This document shows, piece after piece, positions 15,421-25,590 of a stretch of DNA of 37,570 bases (position 1 is its first letter; each line of letters opens with the position of its first letter). The notes under the pieces are model-generated. The model was not told the origin of the DNA, made no database searches, and worked only from the letters and a program-made list of their open reading frames with translations. The position numbers were made by a program, and so were the translations under genes. Origin of the DNA: a virus; the IMG/VR virus record IMGVR_UViG_3300045391_002362; one strand, 5' to 3'.

Positions 15421-16206
15421 ATGCCTTATTTAGCACAGGATTTGATAACCCGCTCGTGGTTTTTGTCGGGTATTGTTGCGCGTAATCTTCAAGTTCCAAC
15501 AGGGGACCAAATTAATGACGGCCTTCGAATGCTCAATGATTTACTTAATTTTAAGCAAATTGAAACGGATTTAATTCCCTATTGGCAGTACATCACATTT
15601 GATTGTGTGCCAAATCAAGAGAACTACTATTTGCCTTGCGTTGCCGCCATTGAATCCTCCACTTTCAATCTTGACGTAGTGCGCTATCCAATGTCCGGCA
15701 CCACGCGAGGCGATTATTACGGTTCGTCACGGGTAGACAATATATCAACGTTGCCTTTCTCATGGCATTATGAGCGCAGTGTGGGGGGCGGTACGTTTAG
15801 CATGTATTTTAAACCCGACCAAAACTACCCTATAAAAATGATGGCGAAAATTTTTTTGGTCGATGTGACGCTACAGACTGACCTACAAAATGTCACTGAA
15901 ACGTTTAATAATACGTACAACATCCCTTTTTATACTCCCTACACGTTTGTTAATAATGGAATTCAAGGATATGACAGTTCTTATATTGAATATTTGCGCT
16001 ATGGGTTAGCGAGGCTAATGTGCTCAGAGTACGGGATTATGTTTAGCCCTGAATCTGCTCAAATATTAAAAGCCTATGAGCGTAAACTGATGTATATAGC
16101 ACCCCCTGATTTAAAGAATAGGAAAAACTCTATATTAACGTCTGATAGAGTAAGTGGGTTTAACTGGGGAGACTGCAATATTGGCCGTGGGTGGCGTCCG
16201 TCCTAG
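15421..16206 (+). CDS. Head-to-tail adaptor (P22 gp4 / T7 gp11-like)
   Basis: Called from its position before the gp10-like hub and from an N-terminal pattern (SWFLSGIVARNLQVPTGDQINDGLRMLNDLLNF) typical of adaptor proteins. Confidence 0.45.
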   Translation: MPYLAQDLITRSWFLSGIVARNLQVPTGDQINDGLRMLNDLLNFKQIETDLIPYWQYITFDCVPNQENYYLPCVAAIESSTFNLDVVRYPMSGTTRGDYYGSSRVDNISTLPFSWHYERSVGGGTFSMYFKPDQNYPIKMMAKIFLVDVTLQTDLQNVTETFNNTYNIPFYTPYTFVNNGIQGYDSSYIEYLRYGLARLMCSEYGIMFSPESAQILKAYERKLMYIAPPDLKNRKNSILTSDRVSGFNWGDCNIGRGWRPS

Positions 16207-16273
16207 ACCTACGAATCATTGACGATGGATTGATTCCCAATTAAAATGCTCTTTTTAAATAAAAGGGCTAAAA

Positions 16274-16888
16274 ATGATAGTTAAAATATGCAAAAAACAT
16301 GGTGAGTTAAATGAAAGTCAAGTTACTAAAGAAAAGAACTCGCAATGCGTTTTAGGTTATCGAATTAGATGCCATCAATGCAGGTTGGATAAAGATAGAA
16401 AATGGAAAATTAATAACCTAGATAAACATCGGCAGACCGCATCAAGAGCAAGAAATGAAGCGAGAAAGCTATATAGAGAAGGAATTATAGATATTGAGCC
16501 AAGAGCTAATGTTTTGGCTAGAGAAGATAGAAAAAATAACCCTGAAAAACATAAACAATGGTCAAAAAATAATAGAGAAAAGGAAGGTCAACTAAGAAAC
16601 ACTAGAGAAGTATGCAGAAAAGTTAATATTGACGTATCTTATTATTATGAAATGTTAGAAACGCAAAATGGATTGTGTAAAATTTGCAATAATCCAGAGA
16701 CTAGAAAATCAAGAACTGAAGGTAAAGTATGTCAATTGGCTATCGACCATTGTCATAAGACGGGAAAAATTAGAGGTCTTCTTTGCCATTCTTGTAATGT
16801 AGCGCTTGGCAGCTTTAAAGATAGTATAGAACTCTTACAAAACGCAATTAACTATTTAAAACTTCATGAACATGCAGAGGGTAAATAA
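16274..16888 (+). CDS. Endonuclease VII-family (HNH-superfamily) nuclease, probably a free-standing homing endonuclease
   Basis: CKICNNPE...LAIDHCHKTGKIRGLLCHSCNVALGSFKD is the Endonuclease_7 signature. The gene is visibly more AT- and Lys-rich than its neighbours. It has a TAATG overlap with the next gene. Confidence 0.8.
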   Translation: MIVKICKKHGELNESQVTKEKNSQCVLGYRIRCHQCRLDKDRKWKINNLDKHRQTASRARNEARKLYREGIIDIEPRANVLAREDRKNNPEKHKQWSKNNREKEGQLRNTREVCRKVNIDVSYYYEMLETQNGLCKICNNPETRKSRTEGKVCQLAIDHCHKTGKIRGLLCHSCNVALGSFKDSIELLQNAINYLKLHEHAEGK

Positions 16889-18603
16889 TGATAACCAGAG
16901 GCCAAAACTTTAAGCAATTCCCACTAGACATTGTGGGTAGTTCATCTTTTGGCCGTTATGGTAAAATTAGTACCCAAAAGACCTATAATCTTTTTATCAG
17001 CGACAACTTTTTAGTTCCTTACTCGGGCTACCAAATCGCTATGCGTGCGTCTGATTTTGGTAATGGCCTTGAGGGTCGCGGATTATTCACGAGCACTAAA
17101 TTCAATTGCATGATTGCGGTGATTGGTAAAAATGTCTATCGCGTCACGATTACGTATAATCAAATTTACAATACTGTTACATTTAGTCAGGCTATTTTTA
17201 TCGGTGAATTGCAAACCTCAAGCGGGGTTGTGTACATTGCCGAAAACAATAAACCTCAGATTGGCATCTCAGATGGTACGGCGTTTTATATTTACGACCC
17301 GACCTTAACGCCTGTATTTCAAGTAGTGGCGCTCAATTTCGTTCCGGGTTATTTAACGTTTCACGATACGTATTTCATTCTTGCTGCATCTGAAGATACG
17401 ACAAACGGCCCTCCAATCAATAATACATGGCGATTATCTGAATCAAATAATGGCCTGTCCTTTCCGCCTGACTCATCACATGTGGGATTTTTACAGACAA
17501 AACCCGATAATGTGAAAGCCGTGGTTCGTTTTCCATCTAAAGGAAATATGATTTTTGTGATGGGAAGTATTGTTACAGAGGCGTGGTTTGATACGGGCGC
17601 TCAACTATTCCCCTACCAGCGCAACAACCAATTCAATATTGACTACGGTTGTTTGCAGCCTGCAACGGTTGCCTACATGGACCAAATTGTTGTATGGCTC
17701 GCGTCAAACGAGAAATCAGGCCCGATTATTATGTATTCCGATGGCGGTATGCCCAAAAAGATTACAACTGATGGGATAGACTATTTATTCTCGACATTGC
17801 AAAACCCTGAAGATTCACAAGCATTCCTATACCGACAAGACGGGCATTTGTTCTACCACATCAATTTCTATCAAGATAATATTTCACTGTTTTATGATTT
17901 TAATACGGACAAGTTCTACCACGCGTCTGACCAAAATTTAAACTATTACATCGCCTCAGAAGTTGCCTTTTTTAATAATCAATATTATTTTGTCACTAAA
18001 AATAACGGCAATTTATTTGCATTAGATACGCAATTTTACTCGTATCAAGACGTTGATGGCGTGGGTAATGTAATAACCTACGAAATACCAAGAAGCCGCA
18101 CGTGCGCTAACATCAGAACCCCGGGTCAAGATTATATGGTCATTAATGATTTAGGGTTTACTATTGAATCGGGAGAAACCGATTATCAGCAGCAATCGCT
18201 TGGTGAAATCATTTTAATTACACAAGATGGTAATATCTTGGTGACGCAAGGCGATTTTATTAGTCTCTTGACGCAAGACGGCAATAGTTTGGTTACTCAG
18301 CTTGATGATAATCTAGTAACACAACAAACCGATGACGGCACAAGCGCGTGGCTTATCGCCCAACAAGAAGCGAACACCGGTTACTCTAATCTCTCATTAC
18401 CGCACGTTGATTTGTCTATTTCGATTGATGGGGGCGCGTCATTTGGTAACGAGTGGGCGTACTATTTACCGCCAATTGGTCATAGAAAAAACAGGCTCAT
18501 GTGGTGGGGTATAGGAATAGCTAATGACTTCGTACCCCAATTTAAATTCTGGGGTATGGGACGTTTTGTGGTAAGTGACGGGTTGATTAATGTGCGAATT
18601 TAG
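16888..18603 (+). CDS. Tail hub / packaged-DNA stabilisation protein (P22 gp10-like)
   Basis: 571 aa. The N-terminal (YSGYQIAM...GRGLFTS...VYRV) and C-terminal (SISIDGGASFGNEW...RLMWWGIGIANDFVPQFKFWG) patterns parallel P22 gp10 as recalled. Confidence 0.6.
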   Translation: MITRGQNFKQFPLDIVGSSSFGRYGKISTQKTYNLFISDNFLVPYSGYQIAMRASDFGNGLEGRGLFTSTKFNCMIAVIGKNVYRVTITYNQIYNTVTFSQAIFIGELQTSSGVVYIAENNKPQIGISDGTAFYIYDPTLTPVFQVVALNFVPGYLTFHDTYFILAASEDTTNGPPINNTWRLSESNNGLSFPPDSSHVGFLQTKPDNVKAVVRFPSKGNMIFVMGSIVTEAWFDTGAQLFPYQRNNQFNIDYGCLQPATVAYMDQIVVWLASNEKSGPIIMYSDGGMPKKITTDGIDYLFSTLQNPEDSQAFLYRQDGHLFYHINFYQDNISLFYDFNTDKFYHASDQNLNYYIASEVAFFNNQYYFVTKNNGNLFALDTQFYSYQDVDGVGNVITYEIPRSRTCANIRTPGQDYMVINDLGFTIESGETDYQQQSLGEIILITQDGNILVTQGDFISLLTQDGNSLVTQLDDNLVTQQTDDGTSAWLIAQQEANTGYSNLSLPHVDLSISIDGGASFGNEWAYYLPPIGHRKNRLMWWGIGIANDFVPQFKFWGMGRFVVSDGLINVRI

Positions 18604-19289
18604 GAATTAACCTGTTTCCATCTATTTTTATCTATTTTATCTAATGCATTGTCTTTATGAGTTCCTGCATAAAGATGAAGTGGATTGGTGCAGGTGGGAT
18701 TATCGCATTTATGACATACTATTAACCCATCCGGTATTTTTCCGTGATGAATTTCATAGGAATATCGGTGGGCTTTAATACTCTTTTCTATCCAAAAAAT
18801 AGAGTACCCGTTTTTATCTTTTTTTAGATGCCATCCCCAGCAATCGTTTTCCTTTTTTCCTTTTTCTACTGCATCCCAGAATCTTTCTTTAGGAGATTTG
18901 CTGTATAAACATGTTTTTGAACAATATTTAACCGTTGTTCTTTTTAATTTACATTGAAATACCCTAAATCTTTTTCCACAAAATAAGCACTCTTTTACCT
19001 CATGAGTTCTTTTTTTTGGAAAGAAATAGTTAACAGTTTTTGTATTTATTTTTTCATTGTTTTTTCTATAAGTTAATACGCATTCATTTCCGCAAAAAAC
19101 ATTTTCTTTATTGTTTTTTACTTTAGATGGGTATTTTTTGAATAGTTTTTGACAATTCGAGCATTTTAATTCTATTTTATTTTTTATTGGTCTGGCGCAT
19201 GCGGTGGAGCAGTAAACAGTTCTTTTTATGTTTCCTAATTTATTTTTTATAATTGATAATTTATTGTCGCAGCGTTTGCATTTTTTCAT
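18600..19289 (-). CDS. HNH endonuclease (HNH_3 type) with three N-terminal CxxC...C-x2-3-C zinc modules, reverse-oriented inside the late operon
   Basis: AHRYSYEIHHGKIPDGLIVCHKCDNPTCTNPLHLYAGTHKDNALD. It is AT-rich. It overlaps the hub gene stop convergently. Confidence 0.8.
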   Translation of the reverse strand: MKKCKRCDNKLSIIKNKLGNIKRTVYCSTACARPIKNKIELKCSNCQKLFKKYPSKVKNNKENVFCGNECVLTYRKNNEKINTKTVNYFFPKKRTHEVKECLFCGKRFRVFQCKLKRTTVKYCSKTCLYSKSPKERFWDAVEKGKKENDCWGWHLKKDKNGYSIFWIEKSIKAHRYSYEIHHGKIPDGLIVCHKCDNPTCTNPLHLYAGTHKDNALDKIDKNRWKQVNS

Positions 19290-19425
19290 AATTCACTCTC
19301 CAGTGTACTCAATAGGGAGCAAACCAATCAGTGAGTTGCTGATTGTTCGTGCTGCAGGCACTAGGTTTGCTGTATTATTATATAATGATTGGAAATATAA
19401 TAAAATGAATTATTTAGGATAAACC

Positions 19426-19797
19426 ATGGCCGTATCACCTCTTAAACTTCAATCAATTTTTCCAGATTTGCCCCGCGAATCACCTGCCGTGGATAAAGAC
19501 GGTAATTTTTCGGCGCTTTGGGATTTGGGGTTATCGTCCCTGTTTCAAGCACTTCAAGATAATTTTAAAAACGAGGGTATTGTTTTCCCGCCGTTAAGTG
19601 CGGCCAACATTCAATTAATTCAGGATATTTACACGCCTTTGATTGGTTCGCCTCTGCCTCAAGGCGTCCCTGATATTAGCGGCCAGACTGTGTTTGATAG
19701 CACTAATCGCGTTTCAAAACAATTTGTAATTACCTATGATGGGGCCACGCCACCGAATATAATAACTGCATCATGGCGTCAATTCGTCTATCTATGA
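19426..19797 (+). CDS. Hypothetical structural protein, 123 aa
   Basis: ORF track entry, called from its position after the hub gene. Confidence 0.45.
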   Translation: MAVSPLKLQSIFPDLPRESPAVDKDGNFSALWDLGLSSLFQALQDNFKNEGIVFPPLSAANIQLIQDIYTPLIGSPLPQGVPDISGQTVFDSTNRVSKQFVITYDGATPPNIITASWRQFVYL

Positions 19798-19805
19798 GGT
19801 GAAAA

Positions 19806-20447
19806 ATGAGTTTCTTTAGTCAATTATTCGGCGGTGGTTATAAAGACCCCTCAAAAGCGGCAATGCCTTATTACAGCCAAATACCAAACCAAACAGCGCA
19901 ATACCAGCAACCGTATTTTAATGCGGGTACGCAGGCTTTGCCTCAACTTCAAAACCAATACCAAAGCGCACTAGAAAATCCGGGTGGGAAAGTTAATGAG
20001 ATTGGCCAAAACTACCAGCAATCCCCCGGATTTCAATTTGCATTACAGCAAGCCTTAGGTGCTGGCGACCATGCAGCCGCAGCCGGAGGAATGGCTGGCA
20101 GTCCTGAGCACCAACAACGCAGTATGCAAATGGCTACAGACATCGGGAATCAAGACTACAATAATTGGTTAAACCATGCGCTAGGCATGTACGGTCAAGG
20201 ATTAAGTGGCGAACAAAACCTTGCAGGCATGGGCCAACAATCGGGTAACAGTATGGCAGACATGATAGCTAATTCATTATCACAGCAGGGACAATTAGCC
20301 TATACAGGTCAACAAAATAAAAACCAACAGCGTGGCTCTATGTTTAACAATATTCTAGGCGGTGTTGGCGCATTGTCTGCATTCACGCCTTGGGGTCAAG
20401 CGGGTGGCGCATTAGATACTGCATTAAATAGATTTGGGGGTAGATAA
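19806..20447 (+). CDS. Q/G/N-rich internal virion or ejection-type protein
   Basis: 213 aa of low complexity, with GAGGTG RBS. Confidence 0.45.
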   Translation: MSFFSQLFGGGYKDPSKAAMPYYSQIPNQTAQYQQPYFNAGTQALPQLQNQYQSALENPGGKVNEIGQNYQQSPGFQFALQQALGAGDHAAAAGGMAGSPEHQQRSMQMATDIGNQDYNNWLNHALGMYGQGLSGEQNLAGMGQQSGNSMADMIANSLSQQGQLAYTGQQNKNQQRGSMFNNILGGVGALSAFTPWGQAGGALDTALNRFGGR

Positions 20448-21838
20448 TGGCTTTTCAAACGTTTCAATTTCAGCCATCAAGCCAAAATGAATACCCGTTG
20501 CATGACATGATTGGTAAATTGCTGGGGGGATATAGCCAAGCATCGCAGGCTAGATTTTTGCAGCCTAATCTTCGCGAAGACTTGCTTAAAAAACAGCAGT
20601 ATAACCAATATTACGGCCCCGATATGCAATCACAAATTGGGTTGCGTAATTCCCAGCGCAAAAATGTTGACATTCGAAATCAATATTTGCCTCAATCATT
20701 GCAAGAAGCGTTAATAAAAGACCGCCTATACAACAAGAATTACCAATCCAATAATGACTTAGAGCAAGCATTAAAGGCCGCCAATATCGGCAATATTAGC
20801 GCAATGACAAATGAAAAAAATCTTCGAAATAAATACCTTGAGCCATCATTACAAGAGCAGTTAGCATTGCTTCGCGCCAATGTACAGGACAAAGAGGGAT
20901 TTAATCAGTTTCTTCAACAGCATTTAGGCGGCGGCCAAGGTCAAGGTGGGGAACAGGCGCCAATGCAGGGTAATGAAAACGCCAATACTTACGTTCCAAA
21001 TCAAGGCATGCCGCCCTTTGCGCAATCGGATGAATCGGGAATGCAGCAAAGCGCACAGCAAAACCAATCACCGATTCAAGCACCAATGCAGCAATCGGGT
21101 GCGCCTCAATTAACCGCAGAAGATATTCAAAATAAACATTATCTGGGTATAGATACCTTTGGCCCCAAATACAAAGCATGGGTTGATACGCAAGCAAAAG
21201 GAATGGAGAAAAAGCAGGCTGAGGCGTTTAAGAATGATGCGAAGAAAGAATATAAAACGTATGAGAAGGTCGAGGCACTGAATCAGGATATTCCTGTTAT
21301 TGAAAATACATTACAAAAAGCAGTTGAATTGAGGGATATAATCCGGCAAAACCCTTCTTTTTATGGGCATATTACGCCTATTGGTTTAGGTAAATTTTAT
21401 AATGCGGCAGAACGATTTGCTAAAACCTCCAATAATCCATTGGTAGGTACAATACAAACCGAAATGCTGCCGTTGATTGCTAATGCCGAAGGAAAATTAA
21501 GTGAGAGAGGAAATCAACTAGCGCTTAAAATAGGCGCTGGAAAATTACCGCAGTTTGATGATAGCCCCCAAGTTGCGCTTGGAAAAATGAATGCGATTAT
21601 TGATTCCTACCAAAAACAGCGCGACCTCTCAACAAACAACTTAAATCGTTTGCAAGGTAAATTAGGGCAAGAGCAAAAAACAACCTCTAAATCAGGTTCA
21701 ATCGTTAAGGCGATGGATAAAAAATCAAATAATGAAAGATATATCGTTCGTTATAATGGCGTAGAGCATCTAGTACCTGCAGATAAAATAGAAATGTTTA
21801 AGGGTAAAAAGGGGGTGACAATTGAAAGAGCGAAATAA
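20447..21838 (+). CDS. Q-rich internal virion or ejection-type protein
   Basis: 463 aa. Its position corresponds to the P22 gp14/7/20/16 block. Confidence 0.45.
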   Translation: MAFQTFQFQPSSQNEYPLHDMIGKLLGGYSQASQARFLQPNLREDLLKKQQYNQYYGPDMQSQIGLRNSQRKNVDIRNQYLPQSLQEALIKDRLYNKNYQSNNDLEQALKAANIGNISAMTNEKNLRNKYLEPSLQEQLALLRANVQDKEGFNQFLQQHLGGGQGQGGEQAPMQGNENANTYVPNQGMPPFAQSDESGMQQSAQQNQSPIQAPMQQSGAPQLTAEDIQNKHYLGIDTFGPKYKAWVDTQAKGMEKKQAEAFKNDAKKEYKTYEKVEALNQDIPVIENTLQKAVELRDIIRQNPSFYGHITPIGLGKFYNAAERFAKTSNNPLVGTIQTEMLPLIANAEGKLSERGNQLALKIGAGKLPQFDDSPQVALGKMNAIIDSYQKQRDLSTNNLNRLQGKLGQEQKTTSKSGSIVKAMDKKSNNERYIVRYNGVEHLVPADKIEMFKGKKGVTIERAK

Positions 21839-23897
21839 TGAGGATTGGGAAAGTGAGCTTGCAAAGTACCGAGTTAAAAAGCCATCTTCTAATGAATCCG
21901 CCAATGACGATTGGGAAAAAGAATTAGCAAAATATAAAATAACGCGCCCAACGTCTGCCCTTCAAACATTCGGTCATGCTGCGGTTACGTCAAGCCCTCG
22001 GCTTATTTCTAATGTTGCAGAAAAATCAAACAGCCTAATAAATCGGATTGTATCTGGTTTAACAGGCCACATGATGAACAAGAAAGACGATTCTATCGGT
22101 GGTTTTTTAAAAAACAGTATCTTAAAGCACGCCCCTGAAGCGTTACCAACCAATCAAATCAATCAAGCTTTAAAAGAGCGGTTATTAAGCGAAACCCCAG
22201 AGCAAGTTGCAGGTCGTGAAGCGCACCCTATATCTAACTTTTTAGGTGATTTAGTAGGTAGTACGCCTGTTTTTGGTGGTGCAAGTGGTGCATTACGTTC
22301 TATTCCTGCGATTAGTAAAGTAATTGCTAAAGCATCTCCTTCACTGTTAAAGCGCATGGGTATTCACGGCTTAGAAGGCGCGGGTCTTGGTGCTACGTTC
22401 TCTCCAGAAGGGCAAGAGGGTGAAGGTGCATTGTACGGTGGGGCGCTAGGCGCATTATTGGGTGGCCCTGCGGTGTCTGCGGTTCGCGGCCTCCCTAAAG
22501 CGCGAGAAAGCTTAAGAAACCTTGCCAATATCGAGGAATTAGGCGCACAACGAGAACAAGCGCTAGGTGCTCATGAAGAGCAAAAAGCGTTGCTTAACGA
22601 CCTTAAAAAGCAATACAAGGAACAAGAGGCGAATATTCAAAGCCCTGAATCAATTACTAGAAAAATCAGCAATAAAATGGGGGAAAAAGAAGGTCTTCAA
22701 TCGTCAGCAGAAATGCCGGAAGAATCGTTACTAACTAACGAACGAGGTGCGCCTATTGATGAAGAGGCGGTCAATCATTCGCTTAATCAAAAAAGTGAGT
22801 CAATTAGTGCCGCAAAGAATTATTTAGGTCATAACTTAGATTTAGACGTTGAAATAGCGAAAGGAATAAAAAATTCTGTAAAACAAGCTAAAGAGCATAT
22901 ACAAAAAGAATATTATAAGCCTGTTGATGAATATGCCAAAAAACACAATGTAAGGTTTGTTAAAACCCCAACCATTGAAGAGGTTAATTCGCAGTTAGAT
23001 AAAGTAATAAACGATGGTGCGTTTAGAGAAAGCCCAGAATTTAATAAATTGCGAGAGTCATTAATAGAAAGTGGTAAAAAAGAAAAGATGGTGCCTGCCA
23101 ATGAATTCATTAATCAATGGAAAGAAACGAAGCAAGCCGCAGCGAAGGCTCGAAGAAACGGGTATAAAGAGGGCGGTGAGAATCAAGCTTATTGGCAAAA
23201 TACAGCCGTTAAATTGCAGAAATTGGCGGATGACCAACTAAAAGTATTGGGTAATAATCTTCCAAAAGAATACTACGATAAATTAGTTCGAGCCGGTGAG
23301 TTATGGAGAGAGGAAATAACCCCATTCTATGGCAATAAAATATACGAGGGCGCCAAGAAATTAGGTCGAATTGATAAGCCCAACATTATGAAAGAAGTTC
23401 GAGGTTCGGGAATGGGGCAAGAAAAAATGCAGGAGCTTTTGTTGTCGCATCCTGAATTAGCTAGAATGTCTATTGGTCATACGTATGCCAAAAACCCTGA
23501 AGGATTATTAAGTGCGCCAGAACATGTTCAGCCTTTTATTAAGCAATTACCAGAACTTCAACAGCATTTAGCGCGAATGGATAGAGCAAGCCGTGCCCAT
23601 GAAATAGCTAAAGCGCATCAAAAAGTTAATACTGAGATTATTAAGCGTCAAGCTGAGCGTACAAAAGCCATAAAAGAATCAAATAAACTTGAATCAGACA
23701 TAAAAGAACTTGAAAGAAAGCGTAATCAACTTATTGAGCGATTAAAGAAAAAAGATATAACTAAAGCTGAATTTGAACGCCTCGATAATCAACATAAAAG
23801 CGCGTTAGAATCAAAAAGAAAACTGTATTCATCGCTTAAAAAGGCGGCTTATCTTGCGGGCCTTGGTGCGGCATCTAAAATTACAGGATTATTATAA
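21822..23897 (+). CDS. Large internal virion or ejection-type protein with Gly-rich hydrophobic segment
   Basis: 691 aa with a TTG start preceded by AAGGGGG. It has a duplicated N-terminal DWExELAKY motif and the segment GDLVGSTPVFGGASGAL...GGALGALLGGPAVSAV. Confidence 0.5.
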   Translation: MKERNNEDWESELAKYRVKKPSSNESANDDWEKELAKYKITRPTSALQTFGHAAVTSSPRLISNVAEKSNSLINRIVSGLTGHMMNKKDDSIGGFLKNSILKHAPEALPTNQINQALKERLLSETPEQVAGREAHPISNFLGDLVGSTPVFGGASGALRSIPAISKVIAKASPSLLKRMGIHGLEGAGLGATFSPEGQEGEGALYGGALGALLGGPAVSAVRGLPKARESLRNLANIEELGAQREQALGAHEEQKALLNDLKKQYKEQEANIQSPESITRKISNKMGEKEGLQSSAEMPEESLLTNERGAPIDEEAVNHSLNQKSESISAAKNYLGHNLDLDVEIAKGIKNSVKQAKEHIQKEYYKPVDEYAKKHNVRFVKTPTIEEVNSQLDKVINDGAFRESPEFNKLRESLIESGKKEKMVPANEFINQWKETKQAAAKARRNGYKEGGENQAYWQNTAVKLQKLADDQLKVLGNNLPKEYYDKLVRAGELWREEITPFYGNKIYEGAKKLGRIDKPNIMKEVRGSGMGQEKMQELLLSHPELARMSIGHTYAKNPEGLLSAPEHVQPFIKQLPELQQHLARMDRASRAHEIAKAHQKVNTEIIKRQAERTKAIKESNKLESDIKELERKRNQLIERLKKKDITKAEFERLDNQHKSALESKRKLYSSLKKAAYLAGLGAASKITGLL

Positions 23898-25582
23898 TGG
23901 CAATTAACACAAGTTTACTGGTAGCAAGCCCCACGTTTCAGGAAGCGCTTGTTGATAAAACGGGTATTCCGATGGCTAATGGCACCGTTACTTGCTACCA
24001 AGACATGAGCCGCACCACACTAAAAAACTGGTACTACCAATCGGGAACCCCCGGTAATTACACCTACATTAAACTGCCTAACCCGTTGCAATTAAGCGCT
24101 GCTGGCACGGTGTGTGACATTAACGGGGTTGATACGATTCCATTTTTCTACCCCTTTAGCGAGTTAGACCAAGGCGAATCTCAAAAATATTATATTACTA
24201 TAGTCAATGAAACGCAGACTAACCAAATTACGCGAGCGAATTTCCCGCCTAATTCAGCCAGTGGGGGAGGTGGTAACGGTGGAAATGGAGTTAATACTAA
24301 TAATCTCATCGTTAATGGTGGTTTTTGGCGTAATCTACAGCCTAATACTTTAAATGTGACGCCCTATACCAGCATCGATTTAACAAATTCTACGCAAATA
24401 GTGGTTTCACCGAGTCAGCACGATGGTTTTCAATACCCTGATGTTACCTTTTTTAAAACCAATACGACTGCAACGGATACGCTAACATTTACACCGTTTC
24501 CGTTTGTGCCAATTGGGTCTACAACAAACACGATTTTAATTAATGATATTACGCCAGAATACTATATTAATCATGCGTGCACCGTAGCGGGTTCAGGTCA
24601 AACACAAAAAGCTTATTTTTTTCCTATCTCGTTGCATGTAAATACATTGGCAAATGTGTCTTTTACCGCAACGATTCAGGCTCAAAATAACGGCTCTGTT
24701 GGTGCGGGTCAAAATGTTATTAAGTTATTTATTTATCAAGATACGGGACAGGGTACAACAGGCATAACCGATGAAATTGCGGTATTAAACCTAAGCACGG
24801 GTTGGCAAAAATACACGGCTTCCAGTATTTTCCCATCTACCACGGGCCTTACATTGAGTAATGCGCCTAATGATGCATTGTATCTAGTAGTTCAAATGCC
24901 GTTGAATCTAACGTTTGATATTAATTTTACATTGCCTTCCATCTATTTAACGGAAGAAACTAATATCCCCACGAATTACATGCAAACTTATGACCAAATT
25001 GATGCGATTATTAGCAGCCCTCGAACGGGCGACTTACGAACATCGCTTAATTCGTTTGCACCGTTTGGTTGGGTGGCGGCTAATGATGGCACAATTGGAA
25101 CCAAGGCATCAAATGCAACATCGAGGGCCAATGCTGACACGTGGCCTTTATATAATTTGATTTGGAATGCGGTATCAAATACTTATGCGCCGTTGCAAAA
25201 CAGTGCTGGAACGCCGATTGCTAGGGGAGGGTCTGCCTACGCTGATTTTACAGCAAACAATAGATTATCTTTAACCAAAGCATTGGGTAGGTCGCTGTGT
25301 TCTGCGGGTTCTGGCTCTGGATTAACGTCAAGGCAATTAGGTGAGGTGGTAGGAACTGGCAACGGTACTGTGACGCTTACTACCAATGAAATGCCAAACC
25401 ACAGTCACCCTGGAAGCACTGTAGGGCTTGGATTTGACAATACAGGTAGTGTGGTTCCTGCCTCTGCGGGTGTTTATGTGAGCGCAGGGCCTACAGCCGT
25501 TAGTGTTGCGGCTCAAGGTAACGGGGCGGCATTTAGTATTATGAACCCTTCTGTCTATTACAACGTATTTTTTAAATTATAG
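23897..25582 (+). CDS. Tail fibre or receptor-binding protein with C-terminal phage tail-collar domain
   Basis: LGEVVGTGNGTVTLTTNEMPNHSHPG matches the tail-collar signature (LT..qmP.H.H). Confidence 0.7.
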   Translation: MAINTSLLVASPTFQEALVDKTGIPMANGTVTCYQDMSRTTLKNWYYQSGTPGNYTYIKLPNPLQLSAAGTVCDINGVDTIPFFYPFSELDQGESQKYYITIVNETQTNQITRANFPPNSASGGGGNGGNGVNTNNLIVNGGFWRNLQPNTLNVTPYTSIDLTNSTQIVVSPSQHDGFQYPDVTFFKTNTTATDTLTFTPFPFVPIGSTTNTILINDITPEYYINHACTVAGSGQTQKAYFFPISLHVNTLANVSFTATIQAQNNGSVGAGQNVIKLFIYQDTGQGTTGITDEIAVLNLSTGWQKYTASSIFPSTTGLTLSNAPNDALYLVVQMPLNLTFDINFTLPSIYLTEETNIPTNYMQTYDQIDAIISSPRTGDLRTSLNSFAPFGWVAANDGTIGTKASNATSRANADTWPLYNLIWNAVSNTYAPLQNSAGTPIARGGSAYADFTANNRLSLTKALGRSLCSAGSGSGLTSRQLGEVVGTGNGTVTLTTNEMPNHSHPGSTVGLGFDNTGSVVPASAGVYVSAGPTAVSVAAQGNGAAFSIMNPSVYYNVFFKL

Positions 25583-25590
25583 GATTACTC

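Noticed and set aside
19373-19395. TATATAAT as the restart promoter of the late operon after the reverse HNH gene
   Set aside because: There is no TG extension and no acceptable -35 at 16 to 18 nt. The region is very AT-rich.
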